Positions 22,301 through 34,503 of a DNA stretch of 64,000 nucleotides are shown one piece after another; within the stretch, counting starts at the first letter, position 1, and every line of letters starts with the position of its first letter. Made by a program: the position numbers and the translations under genes. The notes beneath the pieces were generated by a model. The model was not told the DNA's origin and searched no databases. It saw nothing but the letters and a program-made list of their open reading frames with translations. Origin of the DNA: a virus; the IMG/VR virus record IMGVR_UViG_3300034105_002260; one strand, given 5' to 3'.

Positions 22301-23563
22301 TGGTCTGAATTTAGAGATGGTGTTTATACCATTGTACCGTTAGCAGGAAGAACTGGAGAACTATTGTCTTCATATAGAAGAAGAAAATTATTTGGCAAGT
22401 TAATGTGTGGTGGAGTAATATCATACACATTCGCCAACTCTTGGTTAAATGGAGCACTTTACTTTTTTCAATTTATGAGAAGGGGTGCGAATAGATTCTG
22501 TAAAGATTGTTTATTTAAGAAAACAGATTTAGACGGAAGTATTCATTATTATTATAGATCAACACCGTATAACTCTTCTTTTAGTGGATACGAGTCACAA
22601 TATAATGGTTCACAATTAGATGATGAGGGTAGGACATATAACGCAGTTTATAGTGGTAAAACAAAAGGATTTTACGGTAGTGTAAGAGTGGGTAATAGTA
22701 GAAGAGAAATTAATTTCCCAACTACAATTATTGATTTAGGACCAAGAACAACTTGGATAGATGAAGTTTGTGTTGACCCCGCTTTAGATGTTAATTGTTC
22801 AATAACAAGAAGTATTGGATCAACATCATATAAAGGTATTGACGACTTAATGGAGTATGTTATTCAATCAAAAGAATTAAAAGAAAGAGGTCGTTTAGAT
22901 ATTCAAGATTTGTTTGATAGTCGTGGAGATGGATTAATTGATGGAGACATTGCTCAATTATTAAACTTTAACACGCAAACAGGAATATATCCATTTGAAT
23001 ATGAAGAATTAGATTCACCATATAGTTCACTTTATGCCACTTATTTTGATGGTAAAGGTCCAGTGGGTATTGATTTTGTTTATAGTGAAGATGATCCCGA
23101 TACCGCCGTGGTTGAAGCAAATGGTTTATTAATTAGAAAATGTATTAATGAAAAAGGAAGATTGGGGGATTACTCTCAGAAAGTTCCTTATTATATGTGG
23201 GACACAAAAGGACACGGATTTGGTGAAAACGCAAATGGTGGAGAATCTCAAAATTATTACGTTGCTAAAATATATAACCAAAGAATACAAGAAATAAAAT
23301 CAAATTTAAATTTAGATTCAACACTTGCAACTTTAGATGATTTTTATCTTTCACCAGAGGCTTCTTACGTGTTACCTCCAATACGTGATTGCGTTGAGGT
23401 GTCAGGAGTAAAGTCAAAAAGTAACGATAACTATAAAGAATATACCGTAGGTGGAGTAACAAGACATTTAATGGAAATTGGGTCACCATTTCACTTTATG
23501 TTTGGATTAAAAAAAGGAAACACCGCTTGGGATAAATTTATTGAAAGCTTTGGACCAAAATAA
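19334..23563 (+). CDS. Large baseplate/tail-associated structural protein (1409 aa)
   Basis: Operon position; N-terminal transthyretin-like beta domain (VCGRV...PNARVSI...TNDAGDFMI); Cys-rich modules; one long hydrophobic stretch. Confidence 0.55.
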   Translation: MIQKHRISTNIGQDQIVKVELKQDFDLLEILSLKFTQKEIYTSLCADYGVVCGRVSVNNGFGVPNARVSIFIPLSSEDESDPVISALYPYKEIGDQNDDGYRYNLLPSRKQHSGHSPTGTFPDQRDILTREEVLEVYEKYYKYTVKTNDAGDFMIWGVGLGEQRIHVDVDLSDMGCQSLSPYDLMYEGISAEKFQNAYTYMSSNNLESLPQVVSFDKTIEVYPFWGNEDLCQIGLTRTDFDLKDKGIRIEPYAVVMGGTFTDSGKDALRVQCNVDNQQGEKCRLTTMKGDIEAIRFTGEFEKDTNDNPDFNRPILEKLEIDQTIDEFGRFFFRVPMNTYYITTNEFGEVVESKNKNVGIPTESTYRFRLSLNEDTGGRNRFTGKILVPNIREYHISDTAYNGLYSTIDPKSYSFSTSINDYPSAAINEILGKSTDAIADGKRGVPQDYFYKFRYGRTYTVGQFINKYYNDGALGKLFSFFKRDRRESFLGIKEIWPSESSDCSSTINYFPINDAVRNHRFNFFVLTILSYVDFIGLRIQLFFKELNCLIQFGAAGVFGIFNNSAAAKQFARAKETQFKSIFKVNLIIYPDCYDCEEDNTNGEVVINADPVNIAAVTGGTAGVNYISATSSPFSVSERWSATRTNCDKYDLVNTSATSQVVTYTDCDGATGQTATLAAGSSLSLCVKNGTTPTIPVSVTSTFTSLGCSGAAGYQPNDSLYFYLTVNGQPGYEITNVPTYNSSPKDGDYLYQRYVMEIDVLGGASEYIAIGVGQSYTIMYDGSTSRWKIKDAYKSIADTIAAAYNLPYDQPVSGTAHPEQGRVVIKKLWYVDNVPISATTINENEEGCAKYDYIIEDKLGRWGTSMSLQGLKLPLTGATATYETYAEAYNAMNGIRAPRNSFYGTPPFYDQLDLNYNTTIIAANVPDCETPPNYNIGAVASVYAKWPTSDSRNFRNGDSRCVYRGEYAGQVKKKGPYFVDEFLTRDGTLSGWSEFRDGVYTIVPLAGRTGELLSSYRRRKLFGKLMCGGVISYTFANSWLNGALYFFQFMRRGANRFCKDCLFKKTDLDGSIHYYYRSTPYNSSFSGYESQYNGSQLDDEGRTYNAVYSGKTKGFYGSVRVGNSRREINFPTTIIDLGPRTTWIDEVCVDPALDVNCSITRSIGSTSYKGIDDLMEYVIQSKELKERGRLDIQDLFDSRGDGLIDGDIAQLLNFNTQTGIYPFEYEELDSPYSSLYATYFDGKGPVGIDFVYSEDDPDTAVVEANGLLIRKCINEKGRLGDYSQKVPYYMWDTKGHGFGENANGGESQNYYVAKIYNQRIQEIKSNLNLDSTLATLDDFYLSPEASYVLPPIRDCVEVSGVKSKSNDNYKEYTVGGVTRHLMEIGSPFHFMFGLKKGNTAWDKFIESFGPK

Positions 23564-23564
23564 T

Positions 23565-24254
23565 ATGTGGAAAGATTTATTTAAAAAAAGAAAACCGAAT
23601 CATTTAATTATATATGTTTTATATAATAAGGAAGAGTCATTGTTATATAAAATACTATCTAAATTAACATATAGCGTTGGACCATTCAATACTATCGAAG
23701 AATGTATTGAAGGTGTTAAATCGTTTATAAAAAAACATCCTGAAAAATTAAAACAAATGAACATTACAAGTTTTGGTTCAGGAAAAAATTTGGTACAAAC
23801 AAATAGTAATAAAGAAAAGATATATGAATTGGTCGATACTTTAAAACCATTAATGTCAGATGAAACTAAAATAATGTTTACAACTTGTTTTAGTGGGGTT
23901 TCACATAGAAAAGTGGTTGAGATGTCAGAATACTTAGATGGTATTGAAATTGCGGCAATGAATAAATCATATTCACTAAATGGTGATATGACAATTTGTA
24001 AATGTAAAGAAAAGGGATATAGTAAAAGTGTGGTTGAATCACTACCACAAAGTAGAGATGGTATTAGATATGATGAAAATCAAATTGTCAACATTGTAAG
24101 AAGAAATGTTGGGGAATTGGTTGATTGGAAAACATCGGGTATGGCATATGAATACAATAAAGTTGTAAGGGAAAATAATATCTGTAGAGTTGATAAACAA
24201 CCATACACATTATTAAAAAGTATAAGAAACTATATTTTTAATATTCAAAGTTAA
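23565..24254 (+). CDS. DUF4347 / caspase-like-fold protein lacking the catalytic His
   Basis: ITSFGSG ... IMFTTCFSG aligns with the SHG...xxxC pattern; start at ATG 23565. Confidence 0.45.
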   Translation: MWKDLFKKRKPNHLIIYVLYNKEESLLYKILSKLTYSVGPFNTIEECIEGVKSFIKKHPEKLKQMNITSFGSGKNLVQTNSNKEKIYELVDTLKPLMSDETKIMFTTCFSGVSHRKVVEMSEYLDGIEIAAMNKSYSLNGDMTICKCKEKGYSKSVVESLPQSRDGIRYDENQIVNIVRRNVGELVDWKTSGMAYEYNKVVRENNICRVDKQPYTLLKSIRNYIFNIQS

Positions 24255-26068
24255 TGATAAAGAAAAAAATAATATTACCAACTAAGAAATTCTTCAAGGC
24301 AGATGAAGAAGACATTAACATTCGTGTTAATTTGGATGAAACCGAAGCATTACTTAGACAAGGTGATAAGGATATTATATTGGATATTGCTCAACTTTTT
24401 GATGATGAGAGAAATGATAGTAACAATTATAAAATTCACGGAAAATTAAAAATGGTTTTCAGGAATTTATATACTGGTACCACAACATATGCACCACTTA
24501 AAAGAAATCTTTATTTAAATGGTGATGGTACGGAAGCGTTAACAACTTATCCGGGTTCATTACCATATAACGAATTTGCGTTCCTTAGAAAAGATGTGTT
24601 AAGAGAAGTTAACATCCCACAAACAGGGTCAACTTTAACCACATTCACACAAAATATACAACTTACAGGTACCACATACACAGGACACACAACAACAACT
24701 TCAATAGATGCTCCATATAAAAATTGGAATGTTTATTTAAGTTATGCTTACGATAAAAATTCAGACCACCCAATGGCGTACACCTTAACTGGAGGTACAA
24801 CTGGATTAACGTATAATTTTACAGCAAAAGACGGTATCCCATTTAGGGTGGTGGATAATGGATCACAATATGTATTAACATCACCTGTGGAACACGGAAT
24901 GTCACAAGGTGAATATATCACCATTTCAACCACAGGTAATACTTTTTATTCAACAATTGGAACAGGAACAACAACAAACCTAACAGGTAGAACATTTTAT
25001 ATTGACTCCGTTGGTAACGAAGTACATAATTCAGAAAAATACGTTGTTAATTTAATAAAAACAGATTTTAAAACTGGATCAATATTAGGTAATGTTGTTT
25101 TTGGTAAAAGATGTATTGATAGGGATAATATAACGGGAACTACGTCAGAATATTATGTACACAAGTTAAAAACCTTAACAGATAACAACGATTATATTTT
25201 AGATAAACTTGGGTTTGAAACACCAATTTGGGAAGAAGAAAGAAAGTTAGTTTTTGAAACAAGTGCAGGTGATAATGATTATTTAGTGGAATTAAACAGA
25301 ATGGAATCTGTTTTATATGATTTTAAGGAACCATTAAATTTAACAGGAGTAACAAATAATTTAGGTTATACCCCAACAGAAGTTTTCTTATCTGTTATTT
25401 TTAGAAATGGAAACGGTTATTTTGATTACCCACCAAAGGTAGGTTACAAATTTCATTTTCATAACACTTGGATTGATAATCACTTCGTAGGATCAGGTTC
25501 AACCGAAACTGGAATACCAAGTACAGGTTTCACAAGTAATATTGGAACCACAGGTTTCACTAGAGGATTGGAATTACCAATTGGAACAGTATTAACTGGT
25601 GATTTTATTGAATATAACAGACAAGAATTAAAAGAAAGAATTGTTAGTCCCGCTTTTCATAAGTTCAATATTAAGTCCACAATTTTTAATCACGGACAAA
25701 ACACAGCATTAACATATGCGGGACAAAGCCCTGTAGGGTTATACTATCAACCATATTATAAAGTTAAATTAAGACAATTGTCACCATATATTGAAACATC
25801 AAATACTGATGACATTTACAATTTACCAGAGAACGCATCTTATTTTGAAGATGAAGGTTTATGGAAATGGAGAGATGTCTATGATATGGGATTTGTTGAT
25901 ATTGAGGGTAATGGTATAGATTATCCATTTATTAATAACATTCATTACGTAAAAAACGATATTAATTTCTATTTAAGGAATGAGGAGTATTATACCAATA
26001 AGGAAGATGGTATAACAAGTTTTAATAATAAAAACAACTTAAACGGAACAAATCTTACTGACTGTTAA
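24254..26068 (+). CDS. Putative virion structural protein
   Basis: Thr/Gly-rich, translationally coupled within the tail operon. Confidence 0.55.
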   Translation: MIKKKIILPTKKFFKADEEDINIRVNLDETEALLRQGDKDIILDIAQLFDDERNDSNNYKIHGKLKMVFRNLYTGTTTYAPLKRNLYLNGDGTEALTTYPGSLPYNEFAFLRKDVLREVNIPQTGSTLTTFTQNIQLTGTTYTGHTTTTSIDAPYKNWNVYLSYAYDKNSDHPMAYTLTGGTTGLTYNFTAKDGIPFRVVDNGSQYVLTSPVEHGMSQGEYITISTTGNTFYSTIGTGTTTNLTGRTFYIDSVGNEVHNSEKYVVNLIKTDFKTGSILGNVVFGKRCIDRDNITGTTSEYYVHKLKTLTDNNDYILDKLGFETPIWEEERKLVFETSAGDNDYLVELNRMESVLYDFKEPLNLTGVTNNLGYTPTEVFLSVIFRNGNGYFDYPPKVGYKFHFHNTWIDNHFVGSGSTETGIPSTGFTSNIGTTGFTRGLELPIGTVLTGDFIEYNRQELKERIVSPAFHKFNIKSTIFNHGQNTALTYAGQSPVGLYYQPYYKVKLRQLSPYIETSNTDDIYNLPENASYFEDEGLWKWRDVYDMGFVDIEGNGIDYPFINNIHYVKNDINFYLRNEEYYTNKEDGITSFNNKNNLNGTNLTDC

Positions 26069-26862
26069 TGAAAATATTAAGAAACGATAGCGACATTAAA
26101 ATTCTTTTACAAAAAGAACAGAATTTCAGAACTGACGCTGGATGGGAAGGTGATTTGCAACAAATTGAAACTCAAACCCTTAAAAAGATTATTAACGTTA
26201 TTGAAAATTACGAAACAGTAAGATATGTGCACAACCCATATACTGGTTCAACGTTACCAACAGGGTTAAAACAAACAGACATTTGGTACCAATTTTATTT
26301 TTTAAGTGGAGGAACATATGTTCAAGATTATGACCCAACAGGTTTATCATCAAAAGAAAATGTAGAAATGTTAGCACAATTTAAAAATAGTTTTTTTAGG
26401 TTGGAATTTTTTAAAACACCCAACAACGTGGCTCCAGATAGAACAAATAGAAGATTAGTTTTTGCTAAGAATTTATCATTACCATTAGGTGAGAAATATT
26501 TTTATGAAGATTTAGGTAATTTAATCTTTAAACCAGTTTTTACTGGTTCAAACTACAGAAACTCAGAAAATATGTATCTATTTTGGTTTCAAGATGACAC
26601 CGCATTAAATGAGACGACATTAATAGGTAATACGTTTTGGATTTCTGCAAAATTCTATAATGCGGAAGACGCTTCTATTTTAGATTTTGTTAAAACCGAC
26701 ATCGGATCTGCTGAAGTTAAAGAATCAAACGATATGTACTATAAGATGATAATTGATAGAACAAATTATTCTTACGAAGTATATCGTTATAATAATGGAA
26801 CTCAAGGGTCTAGAATTGGAGAAAGTAATGACCCAATAAAATTCTATCAGAAAAAAGGATAA
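26068..26862 (+). CDS. Putative virion structural protein
   Basis: Coupled ORF (TAATG overlap) in the tail operon. Confidence 0.55.
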   Translation: MKILRNDSDIKILLQKEQNFRTDAGWEGDLQQIETQTLKKIINVIENYETVRYVHNPYTGSTLPTGLKQTDIWYQFYFLSGGTYVQDYDPTGLSSKENVEMLAQFKNSFFRLEFFKTPNNVAPDRTNRRLVFAKNLSLPLGEKYFYEDLGNLIFKPVFTGSNYRNSENMYLFWFQDDTALNETTLIGNTFWISAKFYNAEDASILDFVKTDIGSAEVKESNDMYYKMIIDRTNYSYEVYRYNNGTQGSRIGESNDPIKFYQKKG

Positions 26863-27782
26863 TGGAACCAAATAAATACGAAATATTAAAACAAACCGGA
26901 ATTACATTCAATATACCACTTTATTTAGAAAGTAGTGTGGATGAGATGGGTGTTATGGTTGGATTTGACGGGGAGATACAACAAGTGGACCAAATCGTTA
27001 ATTTTACCTATTCAGGTGCAACAGGGTCTAAAACAGTTACATTATATTCCACAACAAATCCAGATAAATTAAGAAAAATAGTTGACCAAGTGTATTCCAT
27101 CAATTGGGGGGACGGTTCGGTAAGTGTCCCATTTCCAGTTAATAAAAATATTCCAAACTCTTCTTTTCCCTCCACAGGACATACATATACTACAAATGGT
27201 ACATATGATGTTTCAATAACATTATCAGCTCCCTGGGGAACTCAAATAGTTAAAAAACAAATTACAGTACCAATTAACAATCCAAATACAATTAGTAATG
27301 AATTTGGATCATTTAGTGGGGTGACGATGCCAATTGAAATTGATTACATAAATAATTTAGACAATTCAACAGGATTAACGGGAAATGCCACCATTAAATT
27401 TATGGGTATAGGTAAAAGTAGAATTGAAGAATTAAGGAAGTACGGTCAAACAACTTTTAACGGGGTAACAACGGGTTCTACGGACGGTTCTAGTTGGAGT
27501 GGATATACTTTAGATAATCTTTATTATCGTGACTTTACAGATGGTTATACGATGATTACGGGTAGTACGTCTAGTTTTACCAAAGAAGAAGTGGTTAATA
27601 GAATGGTTACAAGAAATGAACATTTTTTAGGATTTATTGATGAGCCAACAATTTATTCTGACATTTTTGTTGAGAGAGGAAAACAAGGTGTGATGGAGAA
27701 AAATTTAAGATTAGGAGAAATTGACAACATAGGTGAAGTAGACATATACGGAAATGGATATTTTAATGTGAGAAAACAATAA
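26862..27782 (+). CDS. PKD-domain structural protein
   Basis: SINWGDGS...HTYTTNGTYDVSIT PKD signature. Confidence 0.7.
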   Translation: MEPNKYEILKQTGITFNIPLYLESSVDEMGVMVGFDGEIQQVDQIVNFTYSGATGSKTVTLYSTTNPDKLRKIVDQVYSINWGDGSVSVPFPVNKNIPNSSFPSTGHTYTTNGTYDVSITLSAPWGTQIVKKQITVPINNPNTISNEFGSFSGVTMPIEIDYINNLDNSTGLTGNATIKFMGIGKSRIEELRKYGQTTFNGVTTGSTDGSSWSGYTLDNLYYRDFTDGYTMITGSTSSFTKEEVVNRMVTRNEHFLGFIDEPTIYSDIFVERGKQGVMEKNLRLGEIDNIGEVDIYGNGYFNVRKQ

Positions 27783-27806
27783 AAATTATATTTATTATAA
27801 AAAGTT

Positions 27807-28724
27807 ATGGCAGTAGGAAGTTACGGAATAATTAGACCAGCAGATGTATCCCCAGCGGACGTAGATGTTTTTTATCACTACGTTCCAAATAGAACATCAA
27901 CTGCGGAGGTAACCTTAAAAAAGTTAAACTCACAAGAAGTCCTTGCTCCAGTTTTTCATAACGGAGATACCACAGAAAGTACGGACGCTCCAAATGTCGA
28001 AATTTTAGGTGGATTATACAACTTAACACTAACTTCAGATGATTTTAGTGATTTAGGAATATATACACTTCATATTAGACCAAAACAAATCAGAACCTCA
28101 ATTACGGATTGTGGTATTTTAGCTTCATTACCATCGGTTAGAGGGTTGGTTATCGATTTAAGTAACGTTCCATCTGCTGACAGAAACAAATTTACACCAC
28201 AAGGATTGGTTGGATATCGTATTGAGTATTTAAATTCAAACGATAACACCAAAGTTACAAATTTTTATAGAATAGTAACGTCATCTTTTTATTGTACACC
28301 AGTTGTTTCAAACTTAACTAGTACAACTCAAAAGGCGATTAGATACCAATATAGTGTTGCGGCTTCAAATTTATTATTTTTAACTGTAACACCATCTTCG
28401 GCACCATCAAGTAGACCAAATGTGGTTCCATTTATTGGTCAACCAGGACAAAACATCATTTTAACCAATACATTCTTTAACCCAACAACTGTTGAAGTGG
28501 AAATGGTTGAACACGATTCGTCAACATTAGCATACGCATTATACGGTAACCAAAGTAAGGCAGTGTCTTCAGGTATCTATACAATTTACGATAACAATAA
28601 CAATATCTTCAAACAATACAATCTTTATGAAGTTAAGGACGAGTTTAACGAAACCTTATTCGAGATTAGAGAAAACAAGACAGATATTGATGAGACATTA
28701 AATTTCGATGATATTACACAATAA
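27807..28724 (+). CDS. Putative virion structural protein
   Basis: 305-aa ORF preceded by TATTTAT (27789-27795). Confidence 0.55.
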   Translation: MAVGSYGIIRPADVSPADVDVFYHYVPNRTSTAEVTLKKLNSQEVLAPVFHNGDTTESTDAPNVEILGGLYNLTLTSDDFSDLGIYTLHIRPKQIRTSITDCGILASLPSVRGLVIDLSNVPSADRNKFTPQGLVGYRIEYLNSNDNTKVTNFYRIVTSSFYCTPVVSNLTSTTQKAIRYQYSVAASNLLFLTVTPSSAPSSRPNVVPFIGQPGQNIILTNTFFNPTTVEVEMVEHDSSTLAYALYGNQSKAVSSGIYTIYDNNNNIFKQYNLYEVKDEFNETLFEIRENKTDIDETLNFDDITQ

Positions 28725-31700
28725 TGGCAAGAAGAAAAGTTCCAAGTCAAGTTGCGACAGGTGCAGAAACATTTAGCGATAGCTTAGTCGGTAGACAAAT
28801 TACCGACGGTACTAGTCAATTGACTAATACGAACTTTGCCATTGACCGTATCATACCAGAAAAAGATAGTAAGAAATTTAGAACTAGTCAATTTTCAGAT
28901 TTTTTAACGTTAGACGATTTAAAAGAGGAAACGGATTCCCCAACCACATCAACAAAAACCAAAGAAGAGAGAAAAAAAGAAATTAAATTTAAATCTTCTA
29001 AAACTAATGCTGCGGTTTCTACTTTCGGTTCATTAAGAAGTAGATTACTTGCATCGATTACACGAATTATTAAGAAATTCCCAGCGACATCACTTGTTGA
29101 TTCCGAGAGTTTAATTAAGAATTCAATTTATACTGCGTACAACATATCTTACGATTTTAATCAGAACACAACGGAATTTACTGTTGATTTTGCAATGATT
29201 TATAATCCGTTAGATGTTTCATTTATAAAACCAGAGAGTAATGTAATACCAACCACCGATAATGAGGTTAGAAATTTTTATTCATCATATAAAAAATATG
29301 TAATAGAAGTTTCAGGTACAACTTATCCTGTATTAACATATAGTGAACCAAATTCAAATAACGAAGTTTCATTTAAAGTTTTTGGTAAACCATTTGGAGT
29401 CTTATCAACTTACAATTTTAATTATTTAATTAGACCAAACGACGGTATAGTTGAAGAATTCTATATGGGGTTAGACGATTTGGAAGAAACACTCCTAAAC
29501 AGAGAATCTTCACCTAAATTCAAAACCTCATTCAAAGTACCAAGAGATAGTTTCGAAGGAGACAAAACAGAAATAACTGACGTTGAGGTTGCTTGGCCAA
29601 CATCTAAAGATGGTTGGAATATTAAAATTGTCGGTTTAGAATATGAAAATTATCTAACCCAATTAATTGATTTATCTGATGAAATAGACAATTACAAATC
29701 AAACCTTTTTATAAGGTTTATGAGTGCTCCTCAATTGTATGAGTTCGATAGTGACGATAAAAAAATAGAATCAATATTTCAATTATACGGTCAAAATTTT
29801 GACAAGGTAAAAAAATACATATCGAACATTGCAAATATGCGTAATGTTTCGTACGATGGTATTAATAACGTTCCTGACGTATTATTAAAAAACTTAGCAA
29901 ATACGTTAGGTCTATCAACAGTTAGTCTTTTAGATGAAAAACAAATTGATGAGTTATTATACGTTAGACAAGATTCCCAATACGAGGCGGTTAACCTTGG
30001 TACAAACATTGTTGACGCTGAATATGAATTTTACAGAAGATTATTAGTCAATTTAGTTGAATTATACAAATCAAAAGGTACAAGAAAATCTATTGAATTT
30101 TTCTTACAATTCTTAGGTGCTCCTGAACCAATGATTAAAATAAACGAATACGTTTATAAAGTAGTTGGGTTCCCTAAGTCTTTAGATTTAGAGTCGGATA
30201 TTTGGGATGTTATTGAAGGTACAAAAGTTAATACAACTCTAACCTTCGATGAAGACACATTTTCATATATAACAGGAACTACAACATCAAAAACAACTTA
30301 CGATAGAAAAGAATATCCAGTAATTGAAAACACAATCTTACCTAGACGAGCGTATGACGATGTAACTGATATGTTCTTCCAAAAAGGTGCGGGTTGGTAT
30401 GAGAAAACATTAGACCATAGATCTTCAATGATTTTGGATAAGGAATTGTCAAAAGGAACTTATGTTAATGGTGAATTCCAATTAACAGGTAGAACCAAAA
30501 CAATTAAAACCAAATCAAAAGATTTTACATATGGTGAGGATTATTTCGATGTATTCAGAACTTTACCTGGTTTAGATACGGGATTTGATATTGTTAATCA
30601 AATTGATAATAAGAAATCACACCCAACAGATGACGGTTCAGTTTATTTATTAAATAGAAAAAATATTAGTATTAACCTATCGGCAGCTCAAACTCTTGAT
30701 TATGACATTTATAGAAAATCTAGAGAATTAAGTTTGTCATTTGGTAGTGTAACGTTAACACCACAAACGGGGGTAACCTTTGCTGAATTTTTAAATAAAA
30801 CATTAAGTGAACAAATTAAAAATTCAAACACTGTAAAGTACAAAAAGAATTATATTATTCTTGAGGACATTTATAGGGATTATATTACAAATACAAGTTT
30901 CACACCATATAATCTTCCCGATATTACGGAGTTCATCAATAAGATGAGTCCATATTGGACACAAGTAATCGACCAATTTATACCTGCAACCACATTATGG
31001 ATGGGAGGTAATTTAATTGAGAATGGTTTATTTGGTCGTTCAAAATATCAATACAAATTCGGATGTCAACCAAGAGAATTTATCGAGGAGTTATATCCAG
31101 ATTTTGAAACGGCAATTGAAGAAGATTTAGAGACATTACTTGGAGATGAAGATAACTTTAGAGGATTATTAAATTCAACAGGAGTTACTTATTATCCAAT
31201 AATCGAAATAGATGGGGTAGTTTATACTGGTAACGCTGTTGTTGTTAGCGGAATTGTTAACACATCAACTAGCGCTAAATTATTTGATGAATGGATTTTA
31301 AATGACTGTACTTGTTACTTTAGTGGTACCGCTTTATTAAATGGACCAACAAGAACATATACACATAAGTTACCATTAATTTGTGACTATAAACAATATA
31401 TTAATCCAGATGTTACCAAAATAAAAGAACTTTGGAGACAATCATTAGTTACGTTAATTAATTTTATTAATTCGAACACTGATATAGATGAGGCTGGGTG
31501 TATTGACACATATGAACCATATGCTTTAGCCGCAAGATGGCCTTGTTATAGTGGATGTACTTTAAGTGGTACAACAAAATATGGTACATCACCAAACACA
31601 TTACCAGGACCATATCAATGTGTTGGGGTAGATAAGAAATTAATTGATCATCAGTTTTTTACTGATACTGACGGTGTTGAAAAAATTAAATTCACATCAA

Positions 31701-34498
31701 TAAAACACGGTCCAAACGACTGTTCGGTTGAGGAATATTTTGATTATAAATTTAAATCATTAAACGACCCACAATTAACAAATTGTGGAATTGAGTTGGA
31801 CTTTTCAAACGAATGCCCCAACGGTAAATTAACAACATATGTGTTGGGTAGTGAGGTTGATTGTAAAATCAAAGGTGATGTAACTATTAAAATTACAGGT
31901 ACCACCGTAACAGTACAAAGTGGGTCAACAACCAATTGGCCAGTCTATGTTCATAAAAATTGTGAGATTGGAGTTAATCCATTGTCAAATTATTCATTAT
32001 CTGGTGCGACAATGGATTCACAAGGTAATTGTACATTAGTATTAAGAAATGTTTATGAGGATGATGTAATTGATTTATTATTTACGGACGCAGCTAACTG
32101 TGACGTTAAAGTAAAAATAGAAGGATTAAATGTAAGATATGTACAAGGTAATAAATTAAACATAGCAAAAGAAGATGATATTACATATCAAATAGTTCCA
32201 AAAATTCAATATAGAGAATCTTTTAATTATGGTCTAAAAGGTGACTCATATGTATTATTATATACAGGTTCGACATCAACAGGATCAACAATATTAAGTG
32301 ATTATGTTAAGTCCCAAGTTATTAATTTAAATGAAAATGATATTATATTATCTGCATCATATAAAAATTGTAATAACATAAAAAACCAAGATATAAAAAA
32401 TGGTATTTTAAATGACAATTTTTCATTTGTATTTGATTACGTACCGATTAAAATAACTAGAAAAGATTGTTTAGGTTCGGTTAAAAAAAGTGTAATTGTT
32501 GGTAGAACAAAAACGGGAGTCTTGGAAACATTTAAGGTGTTACCAACATCTAAATTGAGAGTATACACCAATAAATCTATTACAATTGAATCAGGAGGTA
32601 ATGTTTTAATTGACAAAAGTAAATTTTATTTCTTTGACGAAAGATTTCCAGAACAATTACAAATTGCGGTAGAACAATTAGAACCTTGTTGTGATCATAA
32701 TAATGATTATATAGAAAGAGGTGATTTCTTAATAACCGCTAGTGGTAAATTAATTGAAGTAATTTCAGTAGATTTAGACTATTGTGCTCCCGAAATTTAT
32801 TTCAATTTAAATATAACCACAAACCCAACAAATTTAATAGTTTTCAACGGTAATATTAATCACCAATTGTTGTCACAACATTATTATGATTTATTCTCAA
32901 GGTTTAATGTTAATTTAAATCAAGTTTATATAACAGATTGTTGTCCTGACGGAAGACCTGTTCCAAGAGTTATGGGTTCAAATCCTTGTAATATGGTTGA
33001 TAACGTAGGTTTACCTTGTGGTGATTCATACCCAACACCAACTCCTACTCCAACACCAACTAGTACACCAACTAGTACACCAACAAATACGCCAACACCA
33101 ACTCCTACAGCAACACCAACTCCTACAGCAACACCAACTCCAACGGCAACTTCTACTAGTACACCTACACCAACGGCTACTAATACCCCTACACCAACAC
33201 CTACACCTAATTGTGTCTTTAATGTAGATATAACAACCCCTACACCGACACCAACACCTACTATTACACCAACACCAACACCTACACCTAATTGTGTCTT
33301 TAATGTGGATATAATAAAATCTACATCAACGCCTACACCAACTCCAACGCCTACACCTAATTGTGATTTTAATGTAGATGTTATAAAGGCCACATCAACG
33401 CCAACACCTACGCCAACTCCTACACCAAATTGTGATTTTAATGTAGATGTTATAAAGGCTACATCAACACCTACTCCAACACCAACTAGTACGCCAACCC
33501 CAACTCCTACACCTAATTGTGATTTTGATGTGGTGGCGGTTAATATAACAACCCCTACACCAACACCTACTAGTACGCCAACTCCAACACCAACTCCAAA
33601 TTGTGAGTTTGATGTTGTGGTTGTTAATATAACAACGCCAACCCCTACACCAACTAGTACTCCAACACCAACCCCTACACCGACACCAACTAGCACACCA
33701 AATTGTGAGTTCGATGTAATTGTAGATAATATTACAACGCCAACACCTACACCAACATCCACTAGTACACCAACGCCAACCCCTACACCAACAGAAACTC
33801 CAAATTGTGAGTTCGATGTAATTGTAGATAATATTACGACGCCAACACCAACCCCTACACCAACTAGCACACCAACACCAACACCTACACCAACATTGGA
33901 TTGTACATATGAATTTGAATTCACACCTATCGAACAACCATCATCAAGTAACATAATTGGTAGTGCGTTAATAGATGTTTTTGTTAATTCAAGTGTTACT
34001 GAAATGAAATTATTACAATCAACCTCAACAACTTCTGAATACAATCAGTTTGTTTCTATATCTACAACAAAATCAGATAGAAGATTACCATCAAATGTTG
34101 TACCTGTTTCCGATAGTTATTTATTGGGACCAATTAGTAAATCAGATAATGGGGATGACGATTTCTATAGATTTGCGGTAAATGTTGAGTTATTAAAAGA
34201 AAATTATCCACTAATAAATGTTTTTGAATTTGACCTATATGGAAAAAGAACAGACTCATCAACGGGATATATTCCTATCAGATTTACAAGAGGTATCAAA
34301 ATGAATTCACAAATTGATGTGAACCCATTAAACGGAGTTGATTTTGGAAATATTATGCATCCAAATGATGACTATACCGCCGACACACCAGGGGATGTTA
34401 CAACAAAAATAACAGCATCACAAGGAGTTTTCCAAAGAATTGCAACATTTGTTTACAATAAATTGAATAATACTTTTACATATACAAACCTTATTTAG
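28724..34498 (+). CDS. Large baseplate/tail protein with P2 gpI / T4 gp7-like wedge motif and C-terminal Pro/Thr repeat stalk
   Basis: [22 protein letters not shown] motif; Cys-rich middle; PT repeats broken by NC(E/D/V)F(D/N)V units. Confidence 0.65.
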   Translation: MARRKVPSQVATGAETFSDSLVGRQITDGTSQLTNTNFAIDRIIPEKDSKKFRTSQFSDFLTLDDLKEETDSPTTSTKTKEERKKEIKFKSSKTNAAVSTFGSLRSRLLASITRIIKKFPATSLVDSESLIKNSIYTAYNISYDFNQNTTEFTVDFAMIYNPLDVSFIKPESNVIPTTDNEVRNFYSSYKKYVIEVSGTTYPVLTYSEPNSNNEVSFKVFGKPFGVLSTYNFNYLIRPNDGIVEEFYMGLDDLEETLLNRESSPKFKTSFKVPRDSFEGDKTEITDVEVAWPTSKDGWNIKIVGLEYENYLTQLIDLSDEIDNYKSNLFIRFMSAPQLYEFDSDDKKIESIFQLYGQNFDKVKKYISNIANMRNVSYDGINNVPDVLLKNLANTLGLSTVSLLDEKQIDELLYVRQDSQYEAVNLGTNIVDAEYEFYRRLLVNLVELYKSKGTRKSIEFFLQFLGAPEPMIKINEYVYKVVGFPKSLDLESDIWDVIEGTKVNTTLTFDEDTFSYITGTTTSKTTYDRKEYPVIENTILPRRAYDDVTDMFFQKGAGWYEKTLDHRSSMILDKELSKGTYVNGEFQLTGRTKTIKTKSKDFTYGEDYFDVFRTLPGLDTGFDIVNQIDNKKSHPTDDGSVYLLNRKNISINLSAAQTLDYDIYRKSRELSLSFGSVTLTPQTGVTFAEFLNKTLSEQIKNSNTVKYKKNYIILEDIYRDYITNTSFTPYNLPDITEFINKMSPYWTQVIDQFIPATTLWMGGNLIENGLFGRSKYQYKFGCQPREFIEELYPDFETAIEEDLETLLGDEDNFRGLLNSTGVTYYPIIEIDGVVYTGNAVVVSGIVNTSTSAKLFDEWILNDCTCYFSGTALLNGPTRTYTHKLPLICDYKQYINPDVTKIKELWRQSLVTLINFINSNTDIDEAGCIDTYEPYALAARWPCYSGCTLSGTTKYGTSPNTLPGPYQCVGVDKKLIDHQFFTDTDGVEKIKFTSIKHGPNDCSVEEYFDYKFKSLNDPQLTNCGIELDFSNECPNGKLTTYVLGSEVDCKIKGDVTIKITGTTVTVQSGSTTNWPVYVHKNCEIGVNPLSNYSLSGATMDSQGNCTLVLRNVYEDDVIDLLFTDAANCDVKVKIEGLNVRYVQGNKLNIAKEDDITYQIVPKIQYRESFNYGLKGDSYVLLYTGSTSTGSTILSDYVKSQVINLNENDIILSASYKNCNNIKNQDIKNGILNDNFSFVFDYVPIKITRKDCLGSVKKSVIVGRTKTGVLETFKVLPTSKLRVYTNKSITIESGGNVLIDKSKFYFFDERFPEQLQIAVEQLEPCCDHNNDYIERGDFLITASGKLIEVISVDLDYCAPEIYFNLNITTNPTNLIVFNGNINHQLLSQHYYDLFSRFNVNLNQVYITDCCPDGRPVPRVMGSNPCNMVDNVGLPCGDSYPTPTPTPTPTSTPTSTPTNTPTPTPTATPTPTATPTPTATSTSTPTPTATNTPTPTPTPNCVFNVDITTPTPTPTPTITPTPTPTPNCVFNVDIIKSTSTPTPTPTPTPNCDFNVDVIKATSTPTPTPTPTPNCDFNVDVIKATSTPTPTPTSTPTPTPTPNCDFDVVAVNITTPTPTPTSTPTPTPTPNCEFDVVVVNITTPTPTPTSTPTPTPTPTPTSTPNCEFDVIVDNITTPTPTPTSTSTPTPTPTPTETPNCEFDVIVDNITTPTPTPTPTSTPTPTPTPTLDCTYEFEFTPIEQPSSSNIIGSALIDVFVNSSVTEMKLLQSTSTTSEYNQFVSISTTKSDRRLPSNVVPVSDSYLLGPISKSDNGDDDFYRFAVNVELLKENYPLINVFEFDLYGKRTDSSTGYIPIRFTRGIKMNSQIDVNPLNGVDFGNIMHPNDDYTADTPGDVTTKITASQGVFQRIATFVYNKLNNTFTYTNLI
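33030..33905 (+). repeat. Coding repeat: (PT)n linkers alternating with eight NC-x-F-x-V units plus one degenerate unit
   Basis: Read from translation; near-identical DNA copies aattgtgagttcgatgtaattgtagataatattac at about 33701 and 33803. Confidence 0.9.
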
Positions 34499-34503
34499 AA
34501 TAA

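Noticed and set aside
33030-33905. Repeat-spacer-like pattern suggesting a CRISPR array
   Set aside because: In-frame coding repeats with synonymous variation and low-complexity spacers; no cas operon.
32926-34044. Long minus-strand Val/Gly-rich ORFs (also 34722-34949, 35757-36017, 41298-41813) and Gln/His-rich alternate-frame ORFs
   Set aside because: Shadows of the (Pro-Thr)n coding repeats, which lack stops in other frames.
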